DNA of 58,056 nt from a virus (lineage: Duplodnaviria; Heunggongvirae; Uroviricota; Caudoviricetes). Made by a program: the position numbers and the translations under genes. Where the stretch lies: the IMG/VR virus record IMGVR_UViG_3300026097_000001; one strand, written 5' to 3'. The first letter of the stretch is position 1. Each line of letters starts with the position of its first letter. The notes beneath the pieces were generated by a model, which saw nothing but the letters and a program-made list of their open reading frames with translations, had not been told where the DNA came from and made no database searches. Below are positions 1 to 9,776 of this stretch, one piece after another.

Positions 1-525
1 GTTTGATTGCGCAATTTTTGTATCAACTACGCTGCCAGTTATATTGCTTCGTAAGACTATTGACACTGTGCTATCGTCTTGTTCTAAGAAAATGCCATTT
101 TCATCGCCGAAATAACCTATCCGCTGTCTAAGATTAGTTTTCGGCGTGGCAAATAAAAAACTTGACATAAACAATAAACTTTTACCCGGCTGATATGAGA
201 ATACTTTATAAGTTTCTCTTAGAATTTCATCACCAGAGCTTGAACCGACATCTAACTCAATAAGTCCTTCATTAGCATTAAAAGTGGATGACGCCGTTCC
301 TGTTGTGTCCTCTGCAAAGAGTCCATTGTCGGCGTATCTATGACTACTATCAAACAAAGTAAGTGGTTCTGAGACTCTCATTCTACCAAAAGAATCAGAA
401 GATGTGTTTAGATTACCTACATTAACATATGTTGAAGGACCGGCCTGGCCAGCAACCATAACAACTTCATATAGTGTTTTATTATTATTAAGAAATTGCC
501 CGGTATCTTTGTTAAACTGTGCCAT
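1..525 (-). CDS. Putative virion structural protein, partial (runs off window start)
   Basis: Not in ORF track. ATG at 525 overlaps the upstream stop; open for 175 codons to position 1 (MAQFNKDTGQFL...DSFGRMRVSEPLTLFDSSHRY), a motif I recognise from marine T4-like structural proteins. Confidence 0.65.
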   Translation of the reverse strand, partial: MAQFNKDTGQFLNNNKTLYEVVMVAGQAGPSTYVNVGNLNTSSDSFGRMRVSEPLTLFDSSHRYADNGLFAEDTTGTASSTFNANEGLIELDVGSSSGDEILRETYKVFSYQPGKSLLFMSSFLFATPKTNLRQRIGYFGDENGIFLEQDDSTVSIVLRSNITGSVVDTKIAQSN

Positions 526-1754
526 TATCTTTGCCATCCTTTTATGTATTCGTCGGAAAAATTAGCCTTCGAAAATTGAAGTCTATCCACGAGTTTTACT
601 GAGTTTTTTCCGTAACGATCGATAGCAACGAAACCTTCTTGGCCGGTTACTTCGTACCCGTTCTTTGTCTTGAGTAGGGTCTTTAGTCCACCGACTTTGT
701 TTAACTTTTTGATGAACACCTCTTTGATATCCACCATCATATTATATAATGTAAACACTTTTTCAATATCAGAAGCTTTATTCTTTTTAAAGTATTGAAG
801 AGTAGCGTCTCTCTTATCGGTCTGAGCTCGCTTGCCTTTTTCGGTTTTTCTCTTATCAGCTTCTTTCTGATAATAGTTTTCGATAAAGTCAGTAAGACCT
901 TTCACAAACGTTTTTACATTTCCTACCTTCTTACCTTCACGGACCTTCGAGTTAATGTACGTGTTTAATCTTATGTTCAATTCTGGGTTGTCTGATAGAC
1001 CATTCAGAGTATCTTTTTTAATTGTTCGGAAAAGTTTGCCGGCTTCGGACAGCATTTTTGTAACTTTCTCGGATTCAATAGCTGTGAAAGTTGCACTTCC
1101 TGACACATCTTTAAAGGTTGCGTCTACGGACCAGACAGAACTTACCTTTTTGAGATCTGTTGCGATCTCCTCTCCAAAACTCGCTCGCATTGTTTCAAAA
1201 GAGTCGCCTCGGTATCGAGTGTGCCAGACCACTCCGATCTTGGATCTGAGTATCTCCTTAGCGAGGTTGCTTTTCTTTGGTACCGCGTAAACAATCGTGT
1301 TAGGATGAAAAGTAATATGCGGTTCTCCATCAATATTATCTTCTTTGATATCATTTCTCGAATAGAGGAAATCACCTTGAACCACTCCTTCAATACCAAG
1401 CTTAGGTAGCTCAGCCAGAGCCAACTTAAACTTATCATTTAGATCACCGGATGTATCGGCGTCTATCTCATCATTTGTTTTATATACCTTTGGGTTCTTA
1501 TTGAATATGCCCTTCTTTGCTATAAAGAATTTGCCATCGCTTGGATCAATTCCAGCAAAGATAGCAGGAGCACCATCCCATTTGACCGATATATTCACTG
1601 GCGCGCTTGCGTTACCTGAGAGCATGTCACGGAGTGCTCTAAAGTAATTAATCACGTTACGTGTTCCATTTACTCCACCGTCGATAACAGAATCTTCCGC
1701 ATGGGTCATGTGCAGGTTTTTTTCTTCGGAGAGAAACTTTTTAAAACGAATCAT
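525..1754 (-). CDS. Conserved T4-like phage protein with KWDG motif (DUF6267-like)
   Basis: 409 aa; SVKWDGAPAIFAG...KGIFNKNPK and EGFVAID motifs; N-terminus MIRFKKFLSE. Confidence 0.7.
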   Translation of the reverse strand: MIRFKKFLSEEKNLHMTHAEDSVIDGGVNGTRNVINYFRALRDMLSGNASAPVNISVKWDGAPAIFAGIDPSDGKFFIAKKGIFNKNPKVYKTNDEIDADTSGDLNDKFKLALAELPKLGIEGVVQGDFLYSRNDIKEDNIDGEPHITFHPNTIVYAVPKKSNLAKEILRSKIGVVWHTRYRGDSFETMRASFGEEIATDLKKVSSVWSVDATFKDVSGSATFTAIESEKVTKMLSEAGKLFRTIKKDTLNGLSDNPELNIRLNTYINSKVREGKKVGNVKTFVKGLTDFIENYYQKEADKRKTEKGKRAQTDKRDATLQYFKKNKASDIEKVFTLYNMMVDIKEVFIKKLNKVGGLKTLLKTKNGYEVTGQEGFVAIDRYGKNSVKLVDRLQFSKANFSDEYIKGWQR

Positions 1755-3053
1755 TTACTTAATCCCATTGAATTTGATAGCAAGATTAAACCCCTGGGCG
1801 ATCTTGTTTTCGGGTGGCGGCTTATTTGAGCGTACAGACATATTCATAGTTATTTTTTCACGCGGACTTGCGCTTAACTCAATGAACCAGTTCTGTTTTG
1901 AGGAAGGGGACGCATAGGCACGAACGTTTTTAACTCGAGGAAGAAATGCTCCTAGGTCATCTTCATCTGTTACCATCTTATACTTTGTGCCAAACGCCTT
2001 TACGACTACGAGAGGAACGTTATCGTCCTTCTTGAGTACTTGCTTTTCTATGTATTCAAGCGTTTTATTTTTATTCTTTCCTACAGTCCGAATAAGAGAG
2101 TCGCGGACCATTTCCAACATGTCATCGTAGAGCTTTTCGTATTCTCTCGGGTTCTTTCTTTTAAACTCTGAGATAACGTTCAGAGAAGCTCTCTTCTTTG
2201 GTCTAGATTCCCAATCGTTCGAAAGAGCAAGCTTAGAATGTATCTGACGGAAAACATTTAATTTGAGTAGATCCTTTTCTCTCTTATAACCAAAGTCGTC
2301 AAAGAACTTATTCACAAAGGTATTCAGTTGAGGTTCAGCCGTCTTTTCTCCGCCTGCCTTAAGAGATACACCAAGCATATTACCGTTCTTAAATTTAATA
2401 AACAGGTCACCCTTGTGAGAAGCAGGTATACCGGCAGGCTTTGCGCGATATCCCCAGAATACCTGTTGAATAGGAGTATCCTTATTTAGATCATTGAGAT
2501 AATCTATGATAGCTAACGCGTTTTCCATCTTTTCTTTATACTTAGAAGAAGTTGGCATCTGTTCGATGAACTGTTTACCGGCTTCAGCATCCCTGCTGTT
2601 TACATATACACCGTACTTATTTCCTGATGTTTGAGAAACAAAATCGTATAGATCGTTTACATTTGAGAACTTTTGTTTTGACATAAATGCTAGAGAAGGA
2701 ACTAACTCAGTAATCGTAGAGTTGAGAGTGGTCTCAGCCATTCCGCCAGAAATAGGCTTGTATGTAATCTGGATCTTATGTGGTCCAAAGGATACGATAG
2801 TCGAACCGACGGATCCGCCGGAGCTACTCATTTCGTAATCTATATTTGCATTACTTAGTTTTTCTTCGATGTCTTTCTTTACGTTGTCACGTTCACTTGT
2901 TTGCGCACGAACGATTAAGACAGTCTTTCTCTGGGTTGCATTCTTTACGGTATATTCGTATGGTTTGATTGCAGCATCAAACTTTGCTCGATCCTGCTGT
3001 GATACAAAAAGCATCTCATTATTCTCTTTCATATATTTTTTAAATGAAATCAT
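1755..3053 (-). CDS. Hypothetical late protein with PD-(D/E)xK nuclease-like motif
   Basis: 432 aa; HKGDLFIKFKNGNMLGVSLK; N-terminus MISFKKYMKE; TATAAATA at 3080-3087. Confidence 0.55.
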   Translation of the reverse strand: MISFKKYMKENNEMLFVSQQDRAKFDAAIKPYEYTVKNATQRKTVLIVRAQTSERDNVKKDIEEKLSNANIDYEMSSSGGSVGSTIVSFGPHKIQITYKPISGGMAETTLNSTITELVPSLAFMSKQKFSNVNDLYDFVSQTSGNKYGVYVNSRDAEAGKQFIEQMPTSSKYKEKMENALAIIDYLNDLNKDTPIQQVFWGYRAKPAGIPASHKGDLFIKFKNGNMLGVSLKAGGEKTAEPQLNTFVNKFFDDFGYKREKDLLKLNVFRQIHSKLALSNDWESRPKKRASLNVISEFKRKNPREYEKLYDDMLEMVRDSLIRTVGKNKNKTLEYIEKQVLKKDDNVPLVVVKAFGTKYKMVTDEDDLGAFLPRVKNVRAYASPSSKQNWFIELSASPREKITMNMSVRSNKPPPENKIAQGFNLAIKFNGIK

Positions 3054-3079
3054 TACCTATACTCTCGTTGGTTTAGATC

Positions 3080-3087
3080 TATTTATA
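3080..3087 (-). promoter_or_regulatory. T4-type late promoter TATAAATA
   Basis: Exact consensus 27 nt upstream of ORF 1755..3053; gp55 and gp33 are encoded in the window. Confidence 0.75.
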
Positions 3088-3094
3088 AAACTGT

Positions 3095-3292
3095 CTAAGA
3101 GCAAGTAGTCTTTACAAGAGGCGGTTTCTTTGAGAAAAATGTTGGTGTCCAACCCTCAAAACCGGATCCTAGGTTTAGTTTTCTACACGTATCCCTTGCG
3201 TTCTTTTCATCACATCGCATTTCAATTAGAGTACCACTCTCTTTTTCCAAGATATCGTACTGACCCTTACTCTTCTTCACTGAATAGCTCAT
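3095..3292 (-). CDS. Small conserved hypothetical protein
   Basis: 65 aa, LNLGSGFEGWTPTFF; translationally coupled to gp41. Confidence 0.7.
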   Translation of the reverse strand: MSYSVKKSKGQYDILEKESGTLIEMRCDEKNARDTCRKLNLGSGFEGWTPTFFSKKPPLVKTTCS

Positions 3293-4716
3293 TGCAGATC
3301 TCCCACTTCAAATAGACCCTTCTTTTTCTTTGGGCTCATATCCCATTGTTCACCAAATGAAGACTTGTCAAACGTAGGGCCGGAATCGTTACTACCCTTA
3401 CCACCTGAAGACTCTGATTGAATATTGTCCTGGGCTCTTTCTTCTAGGTTAAACAGTTTCATCTTTGCTCTTTCGATACCTACAACAAACCTGCGATAGT
3501 AGCCAAGATCTCCCCAACGGTTCTTAAGTTGTTTAAACATAATTTGACCTCGAGACTCTAATTCTTCTGATGTAATAAGACCGAGGATACAGTCGGCCGT
3601 GTGAGTGATACCCATAGACTCAGAAGTATTCGTAAGATCTACGTCAGAGTTTCCATACCCATCTCGGTTAAACTGAGAGGATGTAACGATCGCAATGTCG
3701 AATTCCATGGCAAGACCACGGATCTCTTCAGCGATTGATTTAACGAGCGTATAAGAGTTTGCCGCAGCTGCGCCTTTTACTCTTGCTGACGCGCAGATGT
3801 TTAAGTAGTCGATAAAGACGATGTCTGGAGTGAAGTTCTTTTTCATTCGCATTTCATTGAGAAGATGGCGGAAGTGGCCAGAGTGAGCAGAACCGGTTGG
3901 ATACTCTTTAATGACCAACTTGCCAGGAGTCTTACTCTTATAACGATCCATTCTTTTTTCGAATACATCAAGAGGAACTTCCTTGACTTCATCGAGTGTA
4001 ATATCCATAATGTTTGCATCGATACGGCGAGCAACTTCTTCCTCCGCTAATTCCATCGTAACATATAGAACGTTCTTGCCGTGCATTAAACTCGATGCTG
4101 CCATGTGACATTTAACGAGAGACTTACCGCCGCCAGTCGTTGCCAAAAGAACAGACATGGATTTGCGAGGAAGGCCGCCCTTCGTAATAGTGTTTAGAAT
4201 GTCAACGTCGAATGGAATACGTTCTTCTTTACGATGGTAATATTCGTGCCTAGACTCATAGTCCTCAAGAAAGTCGTGACCGATATGAGTATCGAAACTA
4301 ATACCGAGAGAGTCGGAGAGGATACCAGGAATTGCTCCCTTATCGTTCTCCTTGTCTTGACCGTCAAGAATAAGAATAGCTTTACGTATTGAATTATATA
4401 GATCTTTATTCTGACAGAACTTTTCAGTTTCGTCTACAAGAAATGTTTCGTTCGTATTCTCATCCGTCTTTAACTCATCAATTAGAGTCGTTACTTCCTT
4501 ATACGCGTTTTCGTTTAGATCCTTGCGTTTATCGATAGAGATCTTCAGAGCTTCGATAGAAGGAGGCTCTTTATACTCATTCATATATTCCGAGTATGTG
4601 GAAAATATCTTGCGAAGGCTATTGTCATCAAAATAGTCTTCCTTAATATAAGGAAATACTCGGCGACAGTAATCTTCATTGTATATGAGGTTGGATAGAA
4701 TTGTTTTTTCAATCAT
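3289..4716 (-). CDS. 41: Replicative DNA helicase gp41 (DnaB-like)
   Basis: Walker A ATTGGGKS, VFIDYLN, LKNRWGD; T4 gp41-like N-terminus MIEKTILSNL. Confidence 0.97.
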   Translation of the reverse strand: MIEKTILSNLIYNEDYCRRVFPYIKEDYFDDNSLRKIFSTYSEYMNEYKEPPSIEALKISIDKRKDLNENAYKEVTTLIDELKTDENTNETFLVDETEKFCQNKDLYNSIRKAILILDGQDKENDKGAIPGILSDSLGISFDTHIGHDFLEDYESRHEYYHRKEERIPFDVDILNTITKGGLPRKSMSVLLATTGGGKSLVKCHMAASSLMHGKNVLYVTMELAEEEVARRIDANIMDITLDEVKEVPLDVFEKRMDRYKSKTPGKLVIKEYPTGSAHSGHFRHLLNEMRMKKNFTPDIVFIDYLNICASARVKGAAAANSYTLVKSIAEEIRGLAMEFDIAIVTSSQFNRDGYGNSDVDLTNTSESMGITHTADCILGLITSEELESRGQIMFKQLKNRWGDLGYYRRFVVGIERAKMKLFNLEERAQDNIQSESSGGKGSNDSGPTFDKSSFGEQWDMSPKKKKGLFEVGDLQ

Positions 4717-4815
4717 GCAGATGTTCCATAATTAGATGAATGATGGCACCAATCATAGATCAATGCCATCAGTTACTTTCAATATACCATTATATAGTAG
4801 AAATGTCAATAGGTA

Positions 4816-5907
4816 TTATTCTTCGACCGCGTCCATTTCTTCGATTTCTTCAATATCTGTAACATCATCATCTTCTCGCATAATACTGCCAGATGCGCCA
4901 ATTGTAAAGTTACGACGAATGAATTCTTTAAAGTCTGTTTTTTCAAACATCATTTTCCAGAAATCACCGTTATCATTTACTTCTTTAGCTCGCATTAGTT
5001 TTTCAGAAATGATCTCGCCAGTCGATGGATCCACAGCTTCATACCAACCAACCTTTGGCTTACGAAGGTATCCACCTTTTTCAGCAACGTCCATTAGACC
5101 TGACCATTTTACGATACCACCTTCCCAAGATACTGAGATTGGAATCTTGGACTTTTCCTTGACGTGTCGAGATTTTTCAATGTTAATAACAAAGTGATAA
5201 CCTTGGATCTCAGTGCCAACTTTATCCTGTTGGCGACCAACAATCCAAATAGCATCAGCTGAATAATAGATGCCAGTACCGCCCGATACGATAGCCTTTG
5301 GAAACAGGCCGATCTCTTGATATGTGTGGTTAACAGCAATCAGCGGAATGTCTTTTAGGTTGAGGTGTGGTGTTACGATACGGAACAACGATTTCAGAGC
5401 CTTTGCGCGAGACATATCAGCAACTGATTTTTCGTTCATTGCATCCTCAACTTCTTTCTTTGAAGCAAGGTTACCAACCGAGTCGATAATAATACAGACG
5501 TGATCTTTCTTATCAATAGAGTTAAGCTGGTTTGCAATATCAAACTTAAGTTCTTCAACGTTTGTAATCGGAGTATGAACTACGCGATCCATGTCGATAC
5601 CAAAGGTTTCAAAATAAGCTTGAGGAGTACCGAACTCAGAATCATAAAAGAGTAGGACAGCGTCGTCGTACTTCTTCATATATGCTGCAGCAGTAAGAAG
5701 GGCGAATGCTGATTTAAAGTGTTTCGATGGACCAGCAAGAACCAAGAGACCTGGCGACAGGCCGCCGTCGATATCTCCTGATAGAGCCACGTTCACCATA
5801 GGAACTGGAGTTGTAGCCATTTCCTTTTTACCAAATACCTTTGACTCGTTTAACTGAGCCGTCATTTTGATAGTACTATTTTTCACGAGTTTGTCGAGTA
5901 GACTCAT
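4816..5907 (-). CDS. uvsX: RecA-like recombinase UvsX
   Basis: GPSKHFKS Walker A, YDSEFG, IDSVGNLASKKE, SGGTGIYYSAD. Confidence 0.97.
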   Translation of the reverse strand: MSLLDKLVKNSTIKMTAQLNESKVFGKKEMATTPVPMVNVALSGDIDGGLSPGLLVLAGPSKHFKSAFALLTAAAYMKKYDDAVLLFYDSEFGTPQAYFETFGIDMDRVVHTPITNVEELKFDIANQLNSIDKKDHVCIIIDSVGNLASKKEVEDAMNEKSVADMSRAKALKSLFRIVTPHLNLKDIPLIAVNHTYQEIGLFPKAIVSGGTGIYYSADAIWIVGRQQDKVGTEIQGYHFVINIEKSRHVKEKSKIPISVSWEGGIVKWSGLMDVAEKGGYLRKPKVGWYEAVDPSTGEIISEKLMRAKEVNDNGDFWKMMFEKTDFKEFIRRNFTIGASGSIMREDDDVTDIEEIEEMDAVEE

Positions 5908-5908
5908 A

Positions 5909-6235
5909 TTATTTTCCCTCTACGATTGAAAGCAGTTTATCCCGATAAGATTCAATTTTAGAAACTCGGTCGGGCCAATAGATTGTTGATTTGTCTGGAT
6001 TCTTACAAAGATTGTTGAGGAACGGAACGATTGATTTATATAGAAGTTCCAATCTATATTCTAGATCATCTGCTGCTACTTTAGCATCAGTAAGTTGGTC
6101 CTCAAGCGTTTGTTTTTCAGAACTTACCTGTTGAATAGTTTCTTCAGCCGCAAGTTCTTTTTCTTGCAGCTCTTCGTCTATAAAAGTAAATCCAAAGTCG
6201 AAATCCAAAACTTCTTCGTATGTTTTGTTAGCCAT
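5909..6235 (-). CDS. Hypothetical coiled-coil protein
   Basis: 108 aa with RBS (GGAGG); FDFGFTF and IYWPDR motifs. Confidence 0.75.
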   Translation of the reverse strand: MANKTYEEVLDFDFGFTFIDEELQEKELAAEETIQQVSSEKQTLEDQLTDAKVAADDLEYRLELLYKSIVPFLNNLCKNPDKSTIYWPDRVSKIESYRDKLLSIVEGK

Positions 6236-6280
6236 GTTTACCTCCTGGATAGAAGAAGGGGCCGAAGCCCCTTCTCATTA

Positions 6281-7219
6281 TTAACCTTTAACGAGGTCTC
6301 TAAACATTGCAAGATCTTCATCGTCGTCACTGATATCATCAGACTGCGATGTTTGTGGTGAAGATGTTTCTTCTTTCATCGTAGGTGCGTCGTCGCTCTT
6401 TCCGAACTTGCTCATATCGAGCTCGTTATCCGTTTCATCTTCTGCTGTGCTTGTTGACAGTGGAGAGTCACCAGTTAGATTTAGAACGCGATACAATTTT
6501 GCTTTAAGATCTCCATAGGATTTGAAGTTCTTTTCGTCAACGAGTTCTTGGAGTGCGTGCTGCTGTTTCCAGACTCCTTCGAGTTTATCATCATCCTCAA
6601 AGAGTGGGGATGGACCATCGAACTCTGACTTGTCGTAGTTTGGGTAACCTTCGAACTGCCGGATCTTCAAACGGAAGTTTGCGCCTTCCCAAAAGTCAAA
6701 CGGGTTGACTGGGTTTTCATCTTCAAAGGACGGGTTCATCAGATCGTTGAGTTTATCAAAGATCTTCTTACCAAACTGATACATAAAGACTTTGCCGTCG
6801 TTCTCAGGATTGCCACTGTCCTTGACTACGTAGATGTTCGATACGTATTTAAGGCGGCGTTTCTGTTTACGAGCTTGTTCTTTATCCGCATCGACACCAC
6901 TGTTCCAGAGCTTGGAGTTAAATTCTGAAACTGGGTCATCCTTTCCGATGGTTGTGAGTGAGTTCTCGATATACCACAGACCGGTTGGACCTTGAAATCC
7001 GTGGTCCCAGAGTCGGACGAATGGCATTTCTTCTCCCTGTGATGGAGGAAGAAAGCGAATGATGGCGAAGCCGTTACCTGCCTTATCACGGGTTGGTTTC
7101 CAAAATTTACCTTCGTTGGGATCTGAGTAGCTCTTTGTTGCGATCTGCGAGAGCTGAGTGTTCAACTTATCGAGTGAAGATGAACGGTTCTTTTTGAGTG
7201 CATCGAATGACATTGTCAT
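6281..7219 (-). CDS. 32: Single-stranded DNA-binding protein gp32
   Basis: IRFLPP, WYIENSLTTIG, FGKKIFDK, FWEGANFRLKIR, acidic C-terminal tail. Confidence 0.97.
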   Translation of the reverse strand: MTMSFDALKKNRSSSLDKLNTQLSQIATKSYSDPNEGKFWKPTRDKAGNGFAIIRFLPPSQGEEMPFVRLWDHGFQGPTGLWYIENSLTTIGKDDPVSEFNSKLWNSGVDADKEQARKQKRRLKYVSNIYVVKDSGNPENDGKVFMYQFGKKIFDKLNDLMNPSFEDENPVNPFDFWEGANFRLKIRQFEGYPNYDKSEFDGPSPLFEDDDKLEGVWKQQHALQELVDEKNFKSYGDLKAKLYRVLNLTGDSPLSTSTAEDETDNELDMSKFGKSDDAPTMKEETSSPQTSQSDDISDDDEDLAMFRDLVKG

Positions 7220-7293
7220 ATTTGTATCTCCTGATTTTGCTGTATATAGCGATTGTTTATATTGCGATGTATATGTCAGATTGCCTGACCATC

Positions 7294-7301
7294 TATTTAT
7301 A
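7294..7301 (-). promoter_or_regulatory. T4-type late promoter upstream of gene 32
   Basis: Exact TATAAATA. Confidence 0.75.
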
Positions 7302-7302
7302 C

Positions 7303-7899
7303 TCAGAAAAAGTATTCCTTAGTAATTGTTGAAAACTTTTTTTGGTCGATCTCTAAGAATGGATAGTACTTCTTAGATAACCTTATTATATCACGCGCGA
7401 CGAATTTGTCAACTACTTTTTCATCCCAATAGTCATAAACATTGGAAATCTTTGAGAGTATCGTAAATGTTTCGAGCGAGATCTCTTTTTGAAAGTACAT
7501 GGTCATAAGATATGGATGTTGCCCATCAGTGACGGATAGATTGTCGTGATAGTTATCCTTAAGCTTCTTTAGGTCCGATTTATACGAATAGGACAAGGAG
7601 TCCATCTTCTTTTCCCATTCGTTATAGACTTCTTCTCCACGCTCTTCGACTATCTCACGTATCCAAGCCTTAGGATTCCTAACGAGATTAGCGATAAGAA
7701 TCTTAAGTGGATTTTCTTTCTTTGATAGTTTATAGAAAAAGAATGCGTCGTTTCGAGTTTGGAACTTATCAAAGGAGGCGCGGATCTTACCGTTATATTT
7801 ATGATAGTCGTAACCGTCTGTATCAAAATGTTTCTTGAGGGCGAGGTAATTTACATAGACTCGAAACGAAGCTTCGTTAGCATAGTTCAGTGACGTCAT
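7303..7899 (-). CDS. 59: Helicase loader gp59
   Basis: YLALKKHF...YDYHKYNGK; synteny 33-59-32. Confidence 0.9.
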   Translation of the reverse strand: MTSLNYANEASFRVYVNYLALKKHFDTDGYDYHKYNGKIRASFDKFQTRNDAFFFYKLSKKENPLKILIANLVRNPKAWIREIVEERGEEVYNEWEKKMDSLSYSYKSDLKKLKDNYHDNLSVTDGQHPYLMTMYFQKEISLETFTILSKISNVYDYWDEKVVDKFVARDIIRLSKKYYPFLEIDQKKFSTITKEYFF

Positions 7900-8110
7900 C
7901 GTTTTCCTTTTTCACTAGTCTCATTTCAACGGCCTCGGAACGGATCTTTTCCTTAATGATGGAAGACTTCTTTACAATATTCGCAACAGTTTCAATCTCA
8001 AGGTTGTTTTCTTTTGCATAGTCCACCAATGCATCGATGTAGGTTGCGCCGTTCTTTAATTTATCGGCGATCGCCATGTGTATCTTTTCTGGTGTTCGAG
8101 TTTCAATCAT
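7877..8110 (-). CDS. 33: Late transcription coactivator gp33
   Basis: YIDALVDYAKENNLEIETVANIV...KEKIRSEA; start set at ATG 8110 (coupled to upstream stop) rather than 8143. Confidence 0.88.
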   Translation of the reverse strand: MIETRTPEKIHMAIADKLKNGATYIDALVDYAKENNLEIETVANIVKKSSIIKEKIRSEAVEMRLVKKENDDVTELC

Positions 8111-8310
8111 TATCCGTTTAAAACTCCAATTGAATCGATCCAATTCTGAGCCTGAGACTCAACCTTTTGGATGCTCTGTCCTGCAAATGTTTTCTGAGTC
8201 TGCATTGTTTCATTGATAAAATATTTTACATTATATCCGTCTACATCAGAATGAATTTCTGCGCGTAGAGTCTTTCCTGCCTTTTCTTTAAGGAATTGGT
8301 TTACTAACAT
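8110..8310 (-). CDS. Hypothetical protein
   Basis: 66 aa, overlapping start/stop with both neighbours. Confidence 0.65.
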   Translation of the reverse strand: MLVNQFLKEKAGKTLRAEIHSDVDGYNVKYFINETMQTQKTFAGQSIQKVESQAQNWIDSIGVLNG

Positions 8311-8486
8311 TTTGTTTCCTTTATATGTTTGATGTGAGAAGTTTCTTTTTTACTCCCGCAACTATCGCAGTGGTATATAACGACTCGGTAATCGTGTCCT
8401 GAAAGATTTAAAACCGTTTCGCTTTTGATAATATTAATATTATTACAACAATGCATAAATGTCAACTGTTTTTTTGTTAAATTCAT
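8304..8486 (-). CDS. Small Cys-containing hypothetical protein (possible zinc ribbon)
   Basis: 60 aa; HCC...HCDSC. Confidence 0.55.
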   Translation of the reverse strand: MNLTKKQLTFMHCCNNINIIKSETVLNLSGHDYRVVIYHCDSCGSKKETSHIKHIKETKC

Positions 8487-9172
8487 ATCTCTTCGAACAG
8501 AATTTCATTAACGTACTTATCTTTGTCTTGTTCTGATATACCCATCGCAAGAATGGATCTATGCAGATGAGGGTTCATCTTTTGGTTTTGGCAATACCTA
8601 TTCAATAGGATCTTCGTATCACGACCAGACTCAAATGCGTTTTCTTTTAAATTATACAGATAATGATCTAAAAGATGCGAAGTGGTATGAATAAACTGGT
8701 CTAATTCGTTTTCGGTATTGATGTTGCCGACCGCGATCATATCTCCAGAAAAGATCTCCTTTGCCCAATCTGGAAGTTCGCGTGGTTTATTCCATTCCAA
8801 ACCGTCAACGGCGATCTCCATGTATTCGGAGTACGGATGTGGAAAGCCATATAAGGGACTAAAATCCATAAAGGATCCTGTGATCTTTTTAGGACCGGCG
8901 ACGATATCAAAGCCAAGGATAGGTAACTCAATACCTTCTTTCGGAAATACGTTTATGTGCATTAGCCAAAGACCTTTATTATCATTGGGTGCAATGGTCT
9001 TTAGGTGGCACTTACGAATAACATCCGACCGCCAGAATGTATCGTTCCAATTTTCAAATTTAAGATCGTTCATTCGAGGTTCTTCAAAACGCTCGAACGT
9101 TTCGTCAAACCTCTTTTCTATGTAGTCAGCGTATTCATTGAGTCGCTTCCACAGCTTCGGTGTCTGTTCCAT
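8483..9172 (-). CDS. pcyX: Ferredoxin-dependent bilin reductase (PcyA/PcyX-like)
   Basis: LWLMHINVFP...LPILGFDIVAGPKKITGSFMDFSP, YCQNQKMNPH; adjacent to heme oxygenase. Confidence 0.82.
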   Translation of the reverse strand: MEQTPKLWKRLNEYADYIEKRFDETFERFEEPRMNDLKFENWNDTFWRSDVIRKCHLKTIAPNDNKGLWLMHINVFPKEGIELPILGFDIVAGPKKITGSFMDFSPLYGFPHPYSEYMEIAVDGLEWNKPRELPDWAKEIFSGDMIAVGNINTENELDQFIHTTSHLLDHYLYNLKENAFESGRDTKILLNRYCQNQKMNPHLHRSILAMGISEQDKDKYVNEILFEEI

Positions 9173-9719
9173 TAAAGTACTGTTCCAATTCTTCTAAAAA
9201 GTTTTGAACCATAGTGAAACAAACTTTAGCTTCATCAACAAGCCCATCATGTAATTTTTCTCGTATCTTATTCTTTAGATCTTCCGTATCGCCTTCAAAC
9301 TCGTAAAGATTTGTTGGCCCGGGGATTAGTTTCTTAATGATCTGCCCACCTGATAGATCTCCCATATGTCTTACGTATATATGAGCAAAGAGTCTATCCT
9401 TATCCTTTTGTATCTCTTTTATATAGTCTACATATTTCTTTGATGCTGAAAGGATAGGAGCATTCGCAAACTGTCTTTTAATTTCCATATCCAAGCAGTC
9501 TTCAAACAAAGGAACGGATCTTTTTAAGTTTATCATATCCCCGTCAAATATACCAAGTATATCGGCGTAGTGCTCAAGGACAGAGTATACATATGCTTGG
9601 TTCTTTATGTAGACGTAGTATTGCTCAGGAGTAATATTCTTTTTAATCAACCGACTCATAAACGCAGTTCTCTCCGCATTGCGATGTTCAGTCTTTGTCA
9701 AATTCTTTAGATTATCCAT
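9135..9719 (-). CDS. hemO: Heme oxygenase
   Basis: TKTEHRNAE (proximal His), HIYVRHMGDLSGGQII signature. Confidence 0.93.
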   Translation of the reverse strand: MDNLKNLTKTEHRNAERTAFMSRLIKKNITPEQYYVYIKNQAYVYSVLEHYADILGIFDGDMINLKRSVPLFEDCLDMEIKRQFANAPILSASKKYVDYIKEIQKDKDRLFAHIYVRHMGDLSGGQIIKKLIPGPTNLYEFEGDTEDLKNKIREKLHDGLVDEAKVCFTMVQNFLEELEQYFNGTDTEAVEATQ

Positions 9720-9776
9720 TCGTCGCCACCTTTCAATTATTTAATTATATACTCTTTTTGTTTGTTTGTCAATGGT

